Shown here: piece by piece, positions 8,054 through 17,400 of the stretch
Layout: every line of letters begins with the position of its first letter
How positions within the stretch are numbered: the stretch's first letter is position 1
NCBI GenBank assembly: GCA_041740355.1
Contig: JBGSMD010000040.1
Location: 1-18,744, forward strand
Direction of reading: 5' to 3'
Source: Bdellovibrionota bacterium
GTDB taxonomy: Bacteria; Bdellovibrionota_C; UBA2361; CALJRW01
DNA length: 18,744 nucleotides
Program-made: the position numbers and the translations under genes
The notes under the pieces: generated by a model
The model's database searches: none
Seen by the model: the letters and a program-made list of their open reading frames with translations, nothing else
Told to the model about the DNA's origin: nothing

Positions 8054-8671
8054 CTAAAGGTTTCTTAGTATTTGCTCCTTTATAAAACTTTTATCCTCAT
8101 TACTTAGTCCAGATATATAACTTATTACTTCACTATCTGGCTCTGTAAGCGATTTTATAAAACTTCTAACTGTAGCCTCTTTTAGGCTATTACCAATTTC
8201 TCTTTTAATTTTTTCAGTACCCTCTCCTGAGAGTTTGCCTCTTTTAAAATCGATATTTCTAAAACTAAGCTCTGGTTGGAGTTCTCTTACAAACTCTATA
8301 AATCCACCAAAAAGCTCTCCGTTATTAACTCCGTTGTTATCATTTGGAGTCTCTTTTTTTGCTTTGGTATGAAGTGAAGTTACAATCTTTTCATGTTCCT
8401 TACTAAGGCGAACTTCATACCTTGGAAGAGTAAAAGTTACTTTTTTCTTAACTGGCTTTTGTGACTTTTTAACTTCCACGGGAGCACTTGAGGCTTGAGT
8501 CTTTTCTTCTAAGGTTTCAGTTTTTATAACCTCTGTACTTGGAACTTCTGGAACCTCATCAACTTCTATGTACGGGGTAAATCTTCCTACAACAGGAGGC
8601 TTAACATTTCTTTTCTTAATCTTAATTCTAGACTCTATTGCCCTGCTTTGAAGTCCTGCTCCACTACTCAT
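8054..8671 (-). CDS. Putative centromere-binding partition protein (ParG-like, predicted ribbon-helix-helix)
   Basis: Overlaps the parA 3' end by 8 bp. Basic, low-complexity N-terminal tail followed by RYEVRLSKEHEKIVTSL...VNNGELFGGFIEF (strand-helix-helix pattern). No ParB CTPase GxxR box seen. Confidence 0.55.
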   Translation of the reverse strand: MSSGAGLQSRAIESRIKIKKRNVKPPVVGRFTPYIEVDEVPEVPSTEVIKTETLEEKTQASSAPVEVKKSQKPVKKKVTFTLPRYEVRLSKEHEKIVTSLHTKAKKETPNDNNGVNNGELFGGFIEFVRELQPELSFRNIDFKRGKLSGEGTEKIKREIGNSLKEATVRSFIKSLTEPDSEVISYISGLSNEDKSFIKEQILRNL

Positions 8672-9722
8672 TTGCTGCTACTCCTTTAAAGTCCTCTACC
8701 ATTTGTTCTTCATCATCATCTTCAGAGTAATGAAGATTATAGAAAAACTCTGGGGATACTGTTCTTGTTGCGCTGGTTGTTAATTCTCTTGAATACAATT
8801 CAGCTAGAAGTTTTCGGTACACTTCTTTATAGGCTTCACTATCCCTATGCTCACTCTCAAAAATTGTTTGGTCATTAGAAATGCTTTCTGCAATTCGAAC
8901 AGATCTTGGAATTTCAGTACTTAGCATTAACTCTTTACCGCTATATCTTTTAAGGACAATTGCTCTGATATCTTTTGAAAGTACTTCGCGCTCAAAAAGA
9001 TTATTAATTAGAATTCCTGCAACTGATAACTTTTGATTGTATGATGCCCAGCAATCAGCGATAAGTTGCTCCATCATAATTAGCCCATCAAGTTCTTTGG
9101 TCCCGGGAATCATGACAGGTAGTACATAGTCAGCAAGGCTGAGGGCAAACTGAGTTAGAAATCCCCTGCTTGGTGGTGTGTCTATTATTATATAGTCAAA
9201 TTTTCCAGCGAGCTCTTTTTTAAGCCTTTCTCTATATATCTTAAAAAAGTTAGTTTTCTTAGCTTCAAAAGCTTCCACATCGTATTGACCAATATACTCA
9301 ATTCCCTGTTTGCTCTTTAGAGGTGAGTTCCGCTTCATCTCAAACTCGATATCATCTTTTAGACTTTCAAGATCTATATGTCCTGGGAGCAGGTGAAGTC
9401 TTCCCTCGAAATATGGGCGATTAACATTGTAGAAAAATTGGTAAGTATCAATGTCGTTATTTTCAGGATCTAGAAATTCTGCAATTGTTGTTAGGTCTTC
9501 CCCAAACTCATTTTCAAGATCGTTAAGTCCAAATACTGAGGAAAGATTTGTTTGAGGATCTAGATCGATTAGTCCAACATTAAATTTATTTCCTGTTGGA
9601 CGCTTCTCAATAAGTGAAGCTGCAAGATTGGCACAAGTAGTAGTCTTTCCGACTCCACCCTTATTCATTATGATAGTAATGATGACAGGCTCTTTAAGAA
9701 CTGCCTTTTTTTCTGTATCCAT
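8664..9722 (-). CDS. parA: ParA/Soj family partition ATPase
   Basis: Deviant Walker A NKGGVGKTTT, A' LIDLDPQTNLS, Walker B YIIIDTPPS, and IPRSVRIAES. No N-terminal HTH, so type Ib-like. Confidence 0.96.
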   Translation of the reverse strand: MDTEKKAVLKEPVIITIIMNKGGVGKTTTCANLAASLIEKRPTGNKFNVGLIDLDPQTNLSSVFGLNDLENEFGEDLTTIAEFLDPENNDIDTYQFFYNVNRPYFEGRLHLLPGHIDLESLKDDIEFEMKRNSPLKSKQGIEYIGQYDVEAFEAKKTNFFKIYRERLKKELAGKFDYIIIDTPPSRGFLTQFALSLADYVLPVMIPGTKELDGLIMMEQLIADCWASYNQKLSVAGILINNLFEREVLSKDIRAIVLKRYSGKELMLSTEIPRSVRIAESISNDQTIFESEHRDSEAYKEVYRKLLAELYSRELTTSATRTVSPEFFYNLHYSEDDDEEQMVEDFKGVAANE

Positions 9723-9810
9723 AAACCTTATACTTTAAGTGACTTTCAACAAAAGCTTTAACCTACTTTAACTAGATAATGGATCATTTGCATTTTCGCA
9801 ACTGCCTTTT

Positions 9811-11052
9811 TAACTCTCGATGGTTGAAGCTCGATACTTTTTAACCATCGTGGGTTAGTTTTGTAATGCTCTTTACTCTCGATGGTTGGTAGTTGATATT
9901 TTATTAACCATCGAGGGTCTGGTGTAATTACTTTGAAAGCCTGTTATTTTTCGTATTTCAAGTAAGCCTACTAAGATTTTACCATCGATGGTAGAGGTTG
10001 ATAGGATTACTAACCATCGATGGTCTAAATATGACTTCTTGAAAAAAATTGCTGAAATTAGCAAGAATGTCCTGTCGGCTTGATCAAAATAACGTCTAAT
10101 TTAATCCTGAGGGACAAGTTTTTAAAAATTTGGTCAAACCCCTAGCTATACCCAAAACTCTTAAAATTAGATCAAATTCTGGCTCTGAAATAAACTGATT
10201 TTTGCAGATTGAATCTTCTAACCATCGATGGTTAATTTATATACTCAAGTTTGTGGCAGAAACATCGAGGGTCCGTTGTGGCTACTCACGGAGATAAGAG
10301 GTTTGCTCATCTCAAAGATTAGCTGACCATCGAGGGTTAAGTGAGTGCGGTGTTATAAGTTAGAAGGTAGGAATTCTTGATTATGGATACCGTCTAACCA
10401 TCGATGGTAATAGTTGCGCAGAATGGCTACCATCGAGAGTTGAGAATAAAAAATGGTGAAATTTATAATTGATAATCTGAAGTTTAAGGGAGAAAAGCTA
10501 ACAATGATAAATATCCATGTTTTAACTATCGAGGGTTGGATTTGACCATCGAGGGTAGAGAGGGAGCACCATGTAGTGATGTACGATAAATAAAATCTCG
10601 ACTTTAGCATATCTTAAAGATAATTAAGGAAAATGATTAAATTACTAACAACTATATTTTCAGTTCTGTTTATTACAAATTTAGCCTTCGCTATTAATCC
10701 ATGTAATTGCAAGGGGGATGATGGAATAGGAGGACCTTGTTACAAGGGAATAGGCGGTGGTGCATACGATGGCATTGGAGGACCCGCATACGCAGGTATC
10801 GGTGGTCCGTGTTACACAGGAATTGGGGGAGATGCTTACGACGGTATTGGTGGCCCAAGATATAAAGGAATTGGAGGGGACGCTTATGATGGTATCGGAG
10901 GTCCAGCCAACGATGGGATTGGTGGTCCGTGTTACGCAGGAATAGGAGGACCTTGCTATGATGGCATTGGCTCAGATCCAAAAGATTGTCCTAGTGTTTG
11001 TGATTAGGAGCTTCGGCCCTCGATGGTTAGAAGCATTAACCATCGACGGTTA
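9811..11052. repeat. Array of 15 palindromic 16-mers, consensus TAACCATCGA(T/G)GGTTA; putative centromere (parS/parC) and par operator
   Basis: Copies start at 9811, 9842, 9873, 9905, 9979, 10011, 10219 (perfect palindrome), 10259, 10324, 10395, 10427, 10523, 10543, 11014 and 11037. The array begins 89 bp upstream of the parA start. Confidence 0.85.
10633..11007 (+). CDS. Secreted Gly/Cys-rich octapeptide-repeat protein
   Basis: AAGGA RBS, Sec-type signal peptide ending AFA (residue 20), 11 tandem GIGGxx(Y)x units (10723-10986) and 8 Cys. Repeat codons differ at synonymous sites, supporting this reading frame. Confidence 0.85.
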   Translation: MIKLLTTIFSVLFITNLAFAINPCNCKGDDGIGGPCYKGIGGGAYDGIGGPAYAGIGGPCYTGIGGDAYDGIGGPRYKGIGGDAYDGIGGPANDGIGGPCYAGIGGPCYDGIGSDPKDCPSVCD

Positions 11053-11258
11053 GTTTTAAAAGACATCATCTTTATTGAGCAGATTTAGCAAAACATAACA
11101 GAGCTCTTATGAGCAAGTTGTAAGATGATAATTGCGACATTAATCTTTATTGCATATAGTTTAATTTATTAAACTAATTGAACAATGAGTACATAACAGA
11201 GGCCCACTAGGCTTTTGCAGTCTTCACAGAAAGGCTTCAATTAAATTTTATCTAGAAT

Positions 11259-14200
11259 ATGGCTAATGACTTTACTTTTATTACTAATGAAGATGGGTAT
11301 ACTTTAAAAGACCGTTTTGCCACTTTAATTAAAGAAACTCAGTTTTTTGATGTACTAGTTGGATATTTTTATACAAGTGGCTTCTATGCGATGTATCCAT
11401 CCCTAGAGCCAACTGAGAAGATAAGAATATTAATTGGCATTAGTACCAATAGCCAGACTTATGACTTGATACAAAAAGTTAAATCTCATAAGGAAGTTGG
11501 GGAGGAATTTAGTGCTACTGTTCAGCAAGAAATGGAGTCTAGCGAGAATAATCAAACTGTAGAAGCTGGTGTAAAGAAATTTATACAATGGCTTGAAAAT
11601 GGCAAACTAGAAATTCGCGCCTACCCTGAAGAAAAGATACATTCTAAATTATACGTGATGACTTTTAAAGAAGATCATGTCGATGATGGTAGAGTTATTA
11701 CTGGATCTAGTAACTTTTCTCAAAGTGGTCTAGTCGATAATCTTGAGTTTAATGTAGAGCTAAAATCTTCTAATGATTACCATTTTGCAAGAAATAAGTT
11801 TGAGGAACTTTGGAGTAAAGGAGTCGATGTAAGTGATAAGTATGTAGAAACAATAAGAGAACATACTTGGTTAAAAGAAGATATAACACCTTATGAGCTA
11901 TATCTTAAATTTCTCTACGAATACTTTAAAGAAGAAATAAATGAAGAAGAAGAGCTGGAACACAGCCATCGACCAGATAATTTTAAAGAATTAAAATATC
12001 AAGACCACGCCGTTATAAATGCCAAAAAAATTGTGGAAGAATACGGTGGAGTCTTTTTGTCAGATGTAGTTGGACTTGGAAAAACCTTCATGGGAACTAT
12101 GCTATGTGAAGAGTTGTCAGGCAGGACTCTTGTGTTGGCACCACCTCATTTAATTGATGAAAAAAATGAAGGTAGCTGGGAAAATGCATTTAAAAATTTT
12201 GGATTTCGTTCAAAGGATTACAAATGCGAATCAATTGGAATGCTGGAAAAGATAATTAAAAAAGAATTATATAAAAATTTTGAGATAATACTTATCGATG
12301 AATCACATAGATTTAGGACGGAAGAAACAAAAATTTATGCTGATCTTGCTCAAATTTGTAGAGGTAAGAAAGTAATTCTTGTAACTGCTACACCATACAA
12401 TAACTCACCGAAAGATCTACTAGCTCAAATTAAACTTTTTCAGCGTATAAAGAATAGCACCATACCAAATCTTCCGAATGTTGAAGGATTTTTCAAAAAG
12501 CTTGAAAGAAATTTAAAAGGATTAGATAGAAAGAGAGATAAAATAGAATATTTAGAGGTAACAAAAGCAAATTCCAAACTTATTAGAGAAAAAGTTCTCA
12601 AATATTTAATGGTGAGAAGAACTCGAAAGGAAATTCAGAAGTATTATGGCGAAGACTTAAAAAGACAAAATATGAGGTTTCCAGATATTGCCGATCCAAA
12701 ACCTGTTTATTATGAATTTAATAAAAAAGAAGATCGAGTATTTTTTAAAACTATCGAAATAATATCAAATGATTTTAAATATGCACGTTATACGCCTCTT
12801 CTATATCATATAGGCGAACTCGGCTCAGAGGAACAACGACAAAAAAACATGAGGAAATTCATGAAGATGTTGCTTATTAAGCGTTTAGAAAGCAGTTTCT
12901 TTGCATTTAATCAATCAATCAATCGTTTTATAGATTCTTATGAAAAATTTATCGCTGAATATGAGACAGGAAGCGTTTACGTCAGTAAAAAACATATAAA
13001 GAAAGTATTTGATTATTTAGAAAGTGGAAATATTGATGCCGTCGATCAATTGATATCTGAAGAAAAAGCAGAGAGATTCTCTACTAAAGAGTTTAAGAAT
13101 GATTTTATAAAAGATTTAAAAAAAGACTTAGATACTTTAATTAGAATTAAAGACTTGTGGAAAGATATTGACAGAGATCCTAAGATCATTGCGTTTAAAG
13201 AGAAACTAGCGATGGAGGAGCCATTAAAAGCTGGTAAATCAATAATATTTACAGAATCAAAAGAAACAGCTGAATATCTTTTTAAGAATTTACAAGATAC
13301 TTTCCAAGATCAAATCATCTATTTCTCTGGCGGGAGCTCACTGATGGAGAGAGAGGTTGTTATGGATAATTTTGATGCAAATTCAAAACAAATAAAAAAC
13401 GATTATAAAATTTTAATTACTACAGATGTATTAGCTGAAGGAGCAAACTTACATCAGGCGAATGTTGTCATAAATTATGATATACCATGGAATCCAACAC
13501 GAATCATGCAAAGGGTTGGTCGTATTAATCGTGTAGATACAAAACATGACAAAATATATACCTATACATTCTTTCCTACGGAACAATCTAATGAGCAAAT
13601 TAAATTAAAAGAGCTTGCCGAAGCAAAAATACAGGCATTTATTACGCTACTTGGCACAGATGCAAAATTACTAACAGAGGGAGAGGTCCCAGAAGGACAT
13701 AGCTTATTCAAACAAATTTTATCAAAAGAAATGATTGAGGGTGAGGACAATGCAGATGATAGTGAACTGAGGTATTTGCAGGAGATTAGGGAAATAAGAG
13801 ATAAGAATCCAGCCTTATTTGAAAAAATTAAAAAATTACCTAAAAAATCACGGACAGCAAGAAAATCCCAAGAAGAAAGTTCGGAGCTGTTAACATACTT
13901 TAGAAAAGGAAAGCTACAAAAATTCTTCATAGTTCAATCGGATACGCATTCTATCTCGTCAGAAATAGATTTTATAGAAGCTGCGAAAAAGCTAACAGCA
14001 AAGCAAACTGAAAAGAAGATAGGGCTAAACAAGCAGTTTTATGAGATGTTGGAAAGAAACTTAGAAATGCTAAGAAACGTAGATGAACATGATAAGGATG
14101 AGTATTTTTCGAAAAGAGGCAGCGGAGATAATGCTGCACGACTTTCCAAAATTTTAAATGCCAAAGAGATTAAGAAATATCAAGGTTTTACCGACGAGGA

Positions 14201-14444
14201 TGAAGTTTATATCAAACAAGTTATAGATGAACTTGACTCAGGTGGAATACCCAAAAAGATAACACAAAAGTTGTATAAAAAAATACAAGAAACTCCTGAT
14301 ATAATTAAAAATCCAATAAAACTTTTGGAAATTTTAAAATCGACTCTTCCGATCGATTTTCTTCAGCCAACACTAAACGATATAAACAAAGGAATAAATA
14401 CCAAGCAGGAGATTATTCTTTCTGAATATTTCAATGCTGAATAG
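11259..14444 (+). CDS. PLD-family nuclease fused to SNF2/SF2 helicase (restriction-associated)
   Basis: N-terminal VGYF, HSKLY...TGSSNFS (single PLD/Nuc-type motif). Helicase motifs DVVGLGKT, IDESHRFR, TATPYNN, KRLESS, TDVLAEGANL, NYDIPWNP and QRVGRINR. Confidence 0.92.
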   Translation: MANDFTFITNEDGYTLKDRFATLIKETQFFDVLVGYFYTSGFYAMYPSLEPTEKIRILIGISTNSQTYDLIQKVKSHKEVGEEFSATVQQEMESSENNQTVEAGVKKFIQWLENGKLEIRAYPEEKIHSKLYVMTFKEDHVDDGRVITGSSNFSQSGLVDNLEFNVELKSSNDYHFARNKFEELWSKGVDVSDKYVETIREHTWLKEDITPYELYLKFLYEYFKEEINEEEELEHSHRPDNFKELKYQDHAVINAKKIVEEYGGVFLSDVVGLGKTFMGTMLCEELSGRTLVLAPPHLIDEKNEGSWENAFKNFGFRSKDYKCESIGMLEKIIKKELYKNFEIILIDESHRFRTEETKIYADLAQICRGKKVILVTATPYNNSPKDLLAQIKLFQRIKNSTIPNLPNVEGFFKKLERNLKGLDRKRDKIEYLEVTKANSKLIREKVLKYLMVRRTRKEIQKYYGEDLKRQNMRFPDIADPKPVYYEFNKKEDRVFFKTIEIISNDFKYARYTPLLYHIGELGSEEQRQKNMRKFMKMLLIKRLESSFFAFNQSINRFIDSYEKFIAEYETGSVYVSKKHIKKVFDYLESGNIDAVDQLISEEKAERFSTKEFKNDFIKDLKKDLDTLIRIKDLWKDIDRDPKIIAFKEKLAMEEPLKAGKSIIFTESKETAEYLFKNLQDTFQDQIIYFSGGSSLMEREVVMDNFDANSKQIKNDYKILITTDVLAEGANLHQANVVINYDIPWNPTRIMQRVGRINRVDTKHDKIYTYTFFPTEQSNEQIKLKELAEAKIQAFITLLGTDAKLLTEGEVPEGHSLFKQILSKEMIEGEDNADDSELRYLQEIREIRDKNPALFEKIKKLPKKSRTARKSQEESSELLTYFRKGKLQKFFIVQSDTHSISSEIDFIEAAKKLTAKQTEKKIGLNKQFYEMLERNLEMLRNVDEHDKDEYFSKRGSGDNAARLSKILNAKEIKKYQGFTDEDEVYIKQVIDELDSGGIPKKITQKLYKKIQETPDIIKNPIKLLEILKSTLPIDFLQPTLNDINKGINTKQEIILSEYFNAE

Positions 14445-14446
14445 TT

Positions 14447-17400
14447 ATGAATAAAAACGAAGCAAAGGAAATAATTAACTTAACCTTCAGTAATGATTTT
14501 GATGAGGAAAGATATCAAAAGTTTGTATCTAATCTTTTTAAGCACTACAAGCTTGTTAATAGAATAACAACTGGTAGTTTTATAAAACAGTCTTTTATAC
14601 CTTTTGTTACTGAATATAAAGTACTTGGGAGTTTTGAAGATAGCGAAAGCAATACAATAGACATTCTTGAAGTAAGTTTACGTAAAACATCAACTTTAGA
14701 ACAAGCTAGATTAGCACAAAGAAATTTTATTGCAGAGTATCTTAAGTCAAGAAGCAAAGATGCTGCTCTAGTCGCCTTTATTTCACCAGATAGCACGGAT
14801 TGGCGACTATCCTTTGTAAAATTAGAACATTCTCTAGAAGTTATAGATGAAAAATTAAAAACCAAAGAGGAAATAACTCCAGCGAAGAGATGGTCTTTTT
14901 TAGTCGGGAAAAACGAGGGAAGTCATACTGCGCAAAGTAGATTTGTTAATCTACTTATGAGTAATCAAGAGCCTAATCTTGCTGAAATTGAGTCTGCTTT
15001 TGATATTGAAACTGTAACTAAGGAGTTTTTTAATAAATATGTAGATCTGTTTTTTCGCCTTAAAGAAAATTTAGATTCTTTATTAGAAAAAGATGAGATA
15101 ATAAAAAGAGATTTTGAAGCAAAAGAGATTTCTACTGTTGATTTTGCAAAAAAGACATTAGGACAGATTATTTTTTTATATTTCTTACAGAAGAAGGGAT
15201 GGTTTGGGGTAGCGCCTGATCAAAAATGGGGGGATGGCCCAAAGAAATTTTTGAGAGAACTGTTTGAAAGAAGAAGAAAATATGGAAACAATTTTTTTAA
15301 CAATATATTAGAGCCATTATTTTATGAAGCTCTTGCTCAAGACAGAGGTTCAGAGTCAATTTATCCACGGTTAAACAATTGCAGGATGCCTTTTCTTAAT
15401 GGAGGGCTTTTTGAGCCAATGAATGGTTATCTATGGGAAACTACAGATATAATTATTCCAGATGAACTTTTCTCTAATAACAATAGAACAAAAGAAGGGG
15501 ATCTCGGGGATGGTATATTAGATGTATTTGATAGGTACAATTTTACTGTAAATGAGAATGAACCTCTTGAGAAAGAGGTGGCGGTGGATCCTGAAATGCT
15601 TGGAAAAGTATTTGAAAACCTTTTAGATATAAAAGATCGTAAGAGTAAGGGAGCTTTTTATACACCACGTGAGATTGTGCACTATATGTGCCAAGAAAGT
15701 TTAATTAACTATCTAGATACAGAAACAAAGAATGAAATATCGCGCGAGGATCTGGAGCTATTTATAAAAAAAGGAGATCGGATCATTGAAAACGATAAAA
15801 TTGGTTTGGATAGAAAAGAAGAGAGGATAAATAAATACGGTAGTGATAAGTATAAGGATTCAACGTACGTACTTCTTTTACCAGAAACAGTAAGAGTAAG
15901 AGCTGATAAACTTGATAGTCTCTTAAAAAATATAAAGGTTGCAGATCCCGCAGTTGGCTCTGGCGCATTTCCCTTGGGCATGATTAATGAGATTGTGCGT
16001 GCAAGGAAAGTCTTGAATGTTTATATCCAAAATAATACTTCAGATTACGAACTTAAAAAACATACGATTACAAACTCAATTTATGGTGTTGATATTGATC
16101 AAGGAGCAGTAGACATTGCGAAACTCCGTCTTTGGCTAGCATTAATTGTAGATGAAGAGACACCACATCCTTTACCAAACCTAGATCATAAAATAATGCA
16201 GGGAAATAGCTTAATTTCTGAATATGAAGGAATTAAGTTATTTGATGATTCGATTCTTGAGGGATCTCAACAACAAGAAAGAGAAAAACTAAAAGCGACT
16301 ATGAATAGAAAATTGTCGTTGCTTCAGAAAGAATATTTTGATCTTCTTTCTGAAAAGAAATTAACAGTATTTAAAAAAACAGAGATTGAAAAAGAAATTA
16401 AATCTTTAAAGAAAAGACTTGAGGACACAAGTCAAAAAAAAGAAATACAAAATACGAATATTGGATTATTTGATATTCCTAATAAAAAATACATGTTAAC
16501 AAAAAAAGCAGAGCTTCTTCAAGGAAAGATTGAAGAATTTATTAATGAATCTCAAAGGAGTAAGAAGCAAAGTCTAAGAGAAGATATCGATAATTTAAAA
16601 TGGGAGCTTATTGAAGCAACGTTAAAAGAGCAAGGAAAGGAAAATAAACTTGATGAGATTCAACAGTTTCGGCGAAAAAATATTAAACCTTTCTTTATTT
16701 GGAAATTAGAATTTAGTGATGTTTTTCGCGAAAAAGGAGGATTTGATATTATCATTGCTAATCCTCCATATGTTGGAGAGAGCGGAAATAAAGAAATATT
16801 TCGTCCAATTGCAAAGGGCAATTTAAGAAAGTTCTATCAAGGGAAGATGGATCTTTTTTATTTTTTCTTTCATCTTGCCTTAGACCTTGGGCATCGCAAA
16901 GCAAAATGTGCATTTATCACAACTAACTACTTCTTAACTGCCTTTGGCGCAAGAAAGTTAAGAAAGGATCTGCAAGAAAGGGCTACTATTTATGATTTAA
17001 TTAATTTTAATGAATTAAAAATATTTGAATCTGCTCTTGGGCAACACAATATAATTACTATTTTTAGTAAAGAGAAAAATTTAGAACGACAAGCCAATAC
17101 AACTCTGACAAAGAATAAAGGAGTCGCAATAGAAAAAGTGCTGGCAGATATAGTTGAAAGGCGTGATACAAACACCGAGTATAATTTTGTATCGCAAGAT
17201 AATTTGTATGACGGAGTGGAGTCGTACATAAGGCTACAAGGAAATAGCAATCAAAAAGATCCTATACATATAATTTTAAACAAAATTCAAAATGCAGGTG
17301 ATTTGCTTTCATCATTTTGTAATATAAATCAAGGTGTTGTCAGTGGTTGTGATTATATAACAAAAAAACATTTTAAAAATATAAATGCTGATGCGGACAT

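Noticed and set aside
9873-10610. ORFs 9873-10064 and 10353-10610 (minus strand)
   Set aside because: They run through the palindrome array, have no recognisable domain, and are probably chance ORFs.
10694-10981. Alternative-frame ORFs 10694-10981 (-) and 10757-10945 (+)
   Set aside because: Shadows of the Gly-repeat gene; the synonymous-site pattern and signal peptide support only 10633-11007.
9811-11052. Palindrome array as a CRISPR array
   Set aside because: Repeats are only 16 bp and degenerate, spacing is irregular (20-471 bp), and there are no cas genes in the window.
10219-11052. TAAC...GTTA palindromes as integron attC sites around a gene cassette
   Set aside because: Far shorter than attC sites, no L-box or extrahelical-base architecture, no integrase, and most intervals are too short to hold genes.
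15165-16870. Poly-T tracts in the MTase as phase-variation switches
   Set aside because: Runs are only 6-7 nt, expected in AT-rich DNA, and the frame is intact.
13562-17250. Minus-strand ORFs 13562-13930, 14545-14865, 15709-15981, 15783-15968 and 16990-17250
   Set aside because: Antisense to well-supported helicase and MTase genes, with no motifs.
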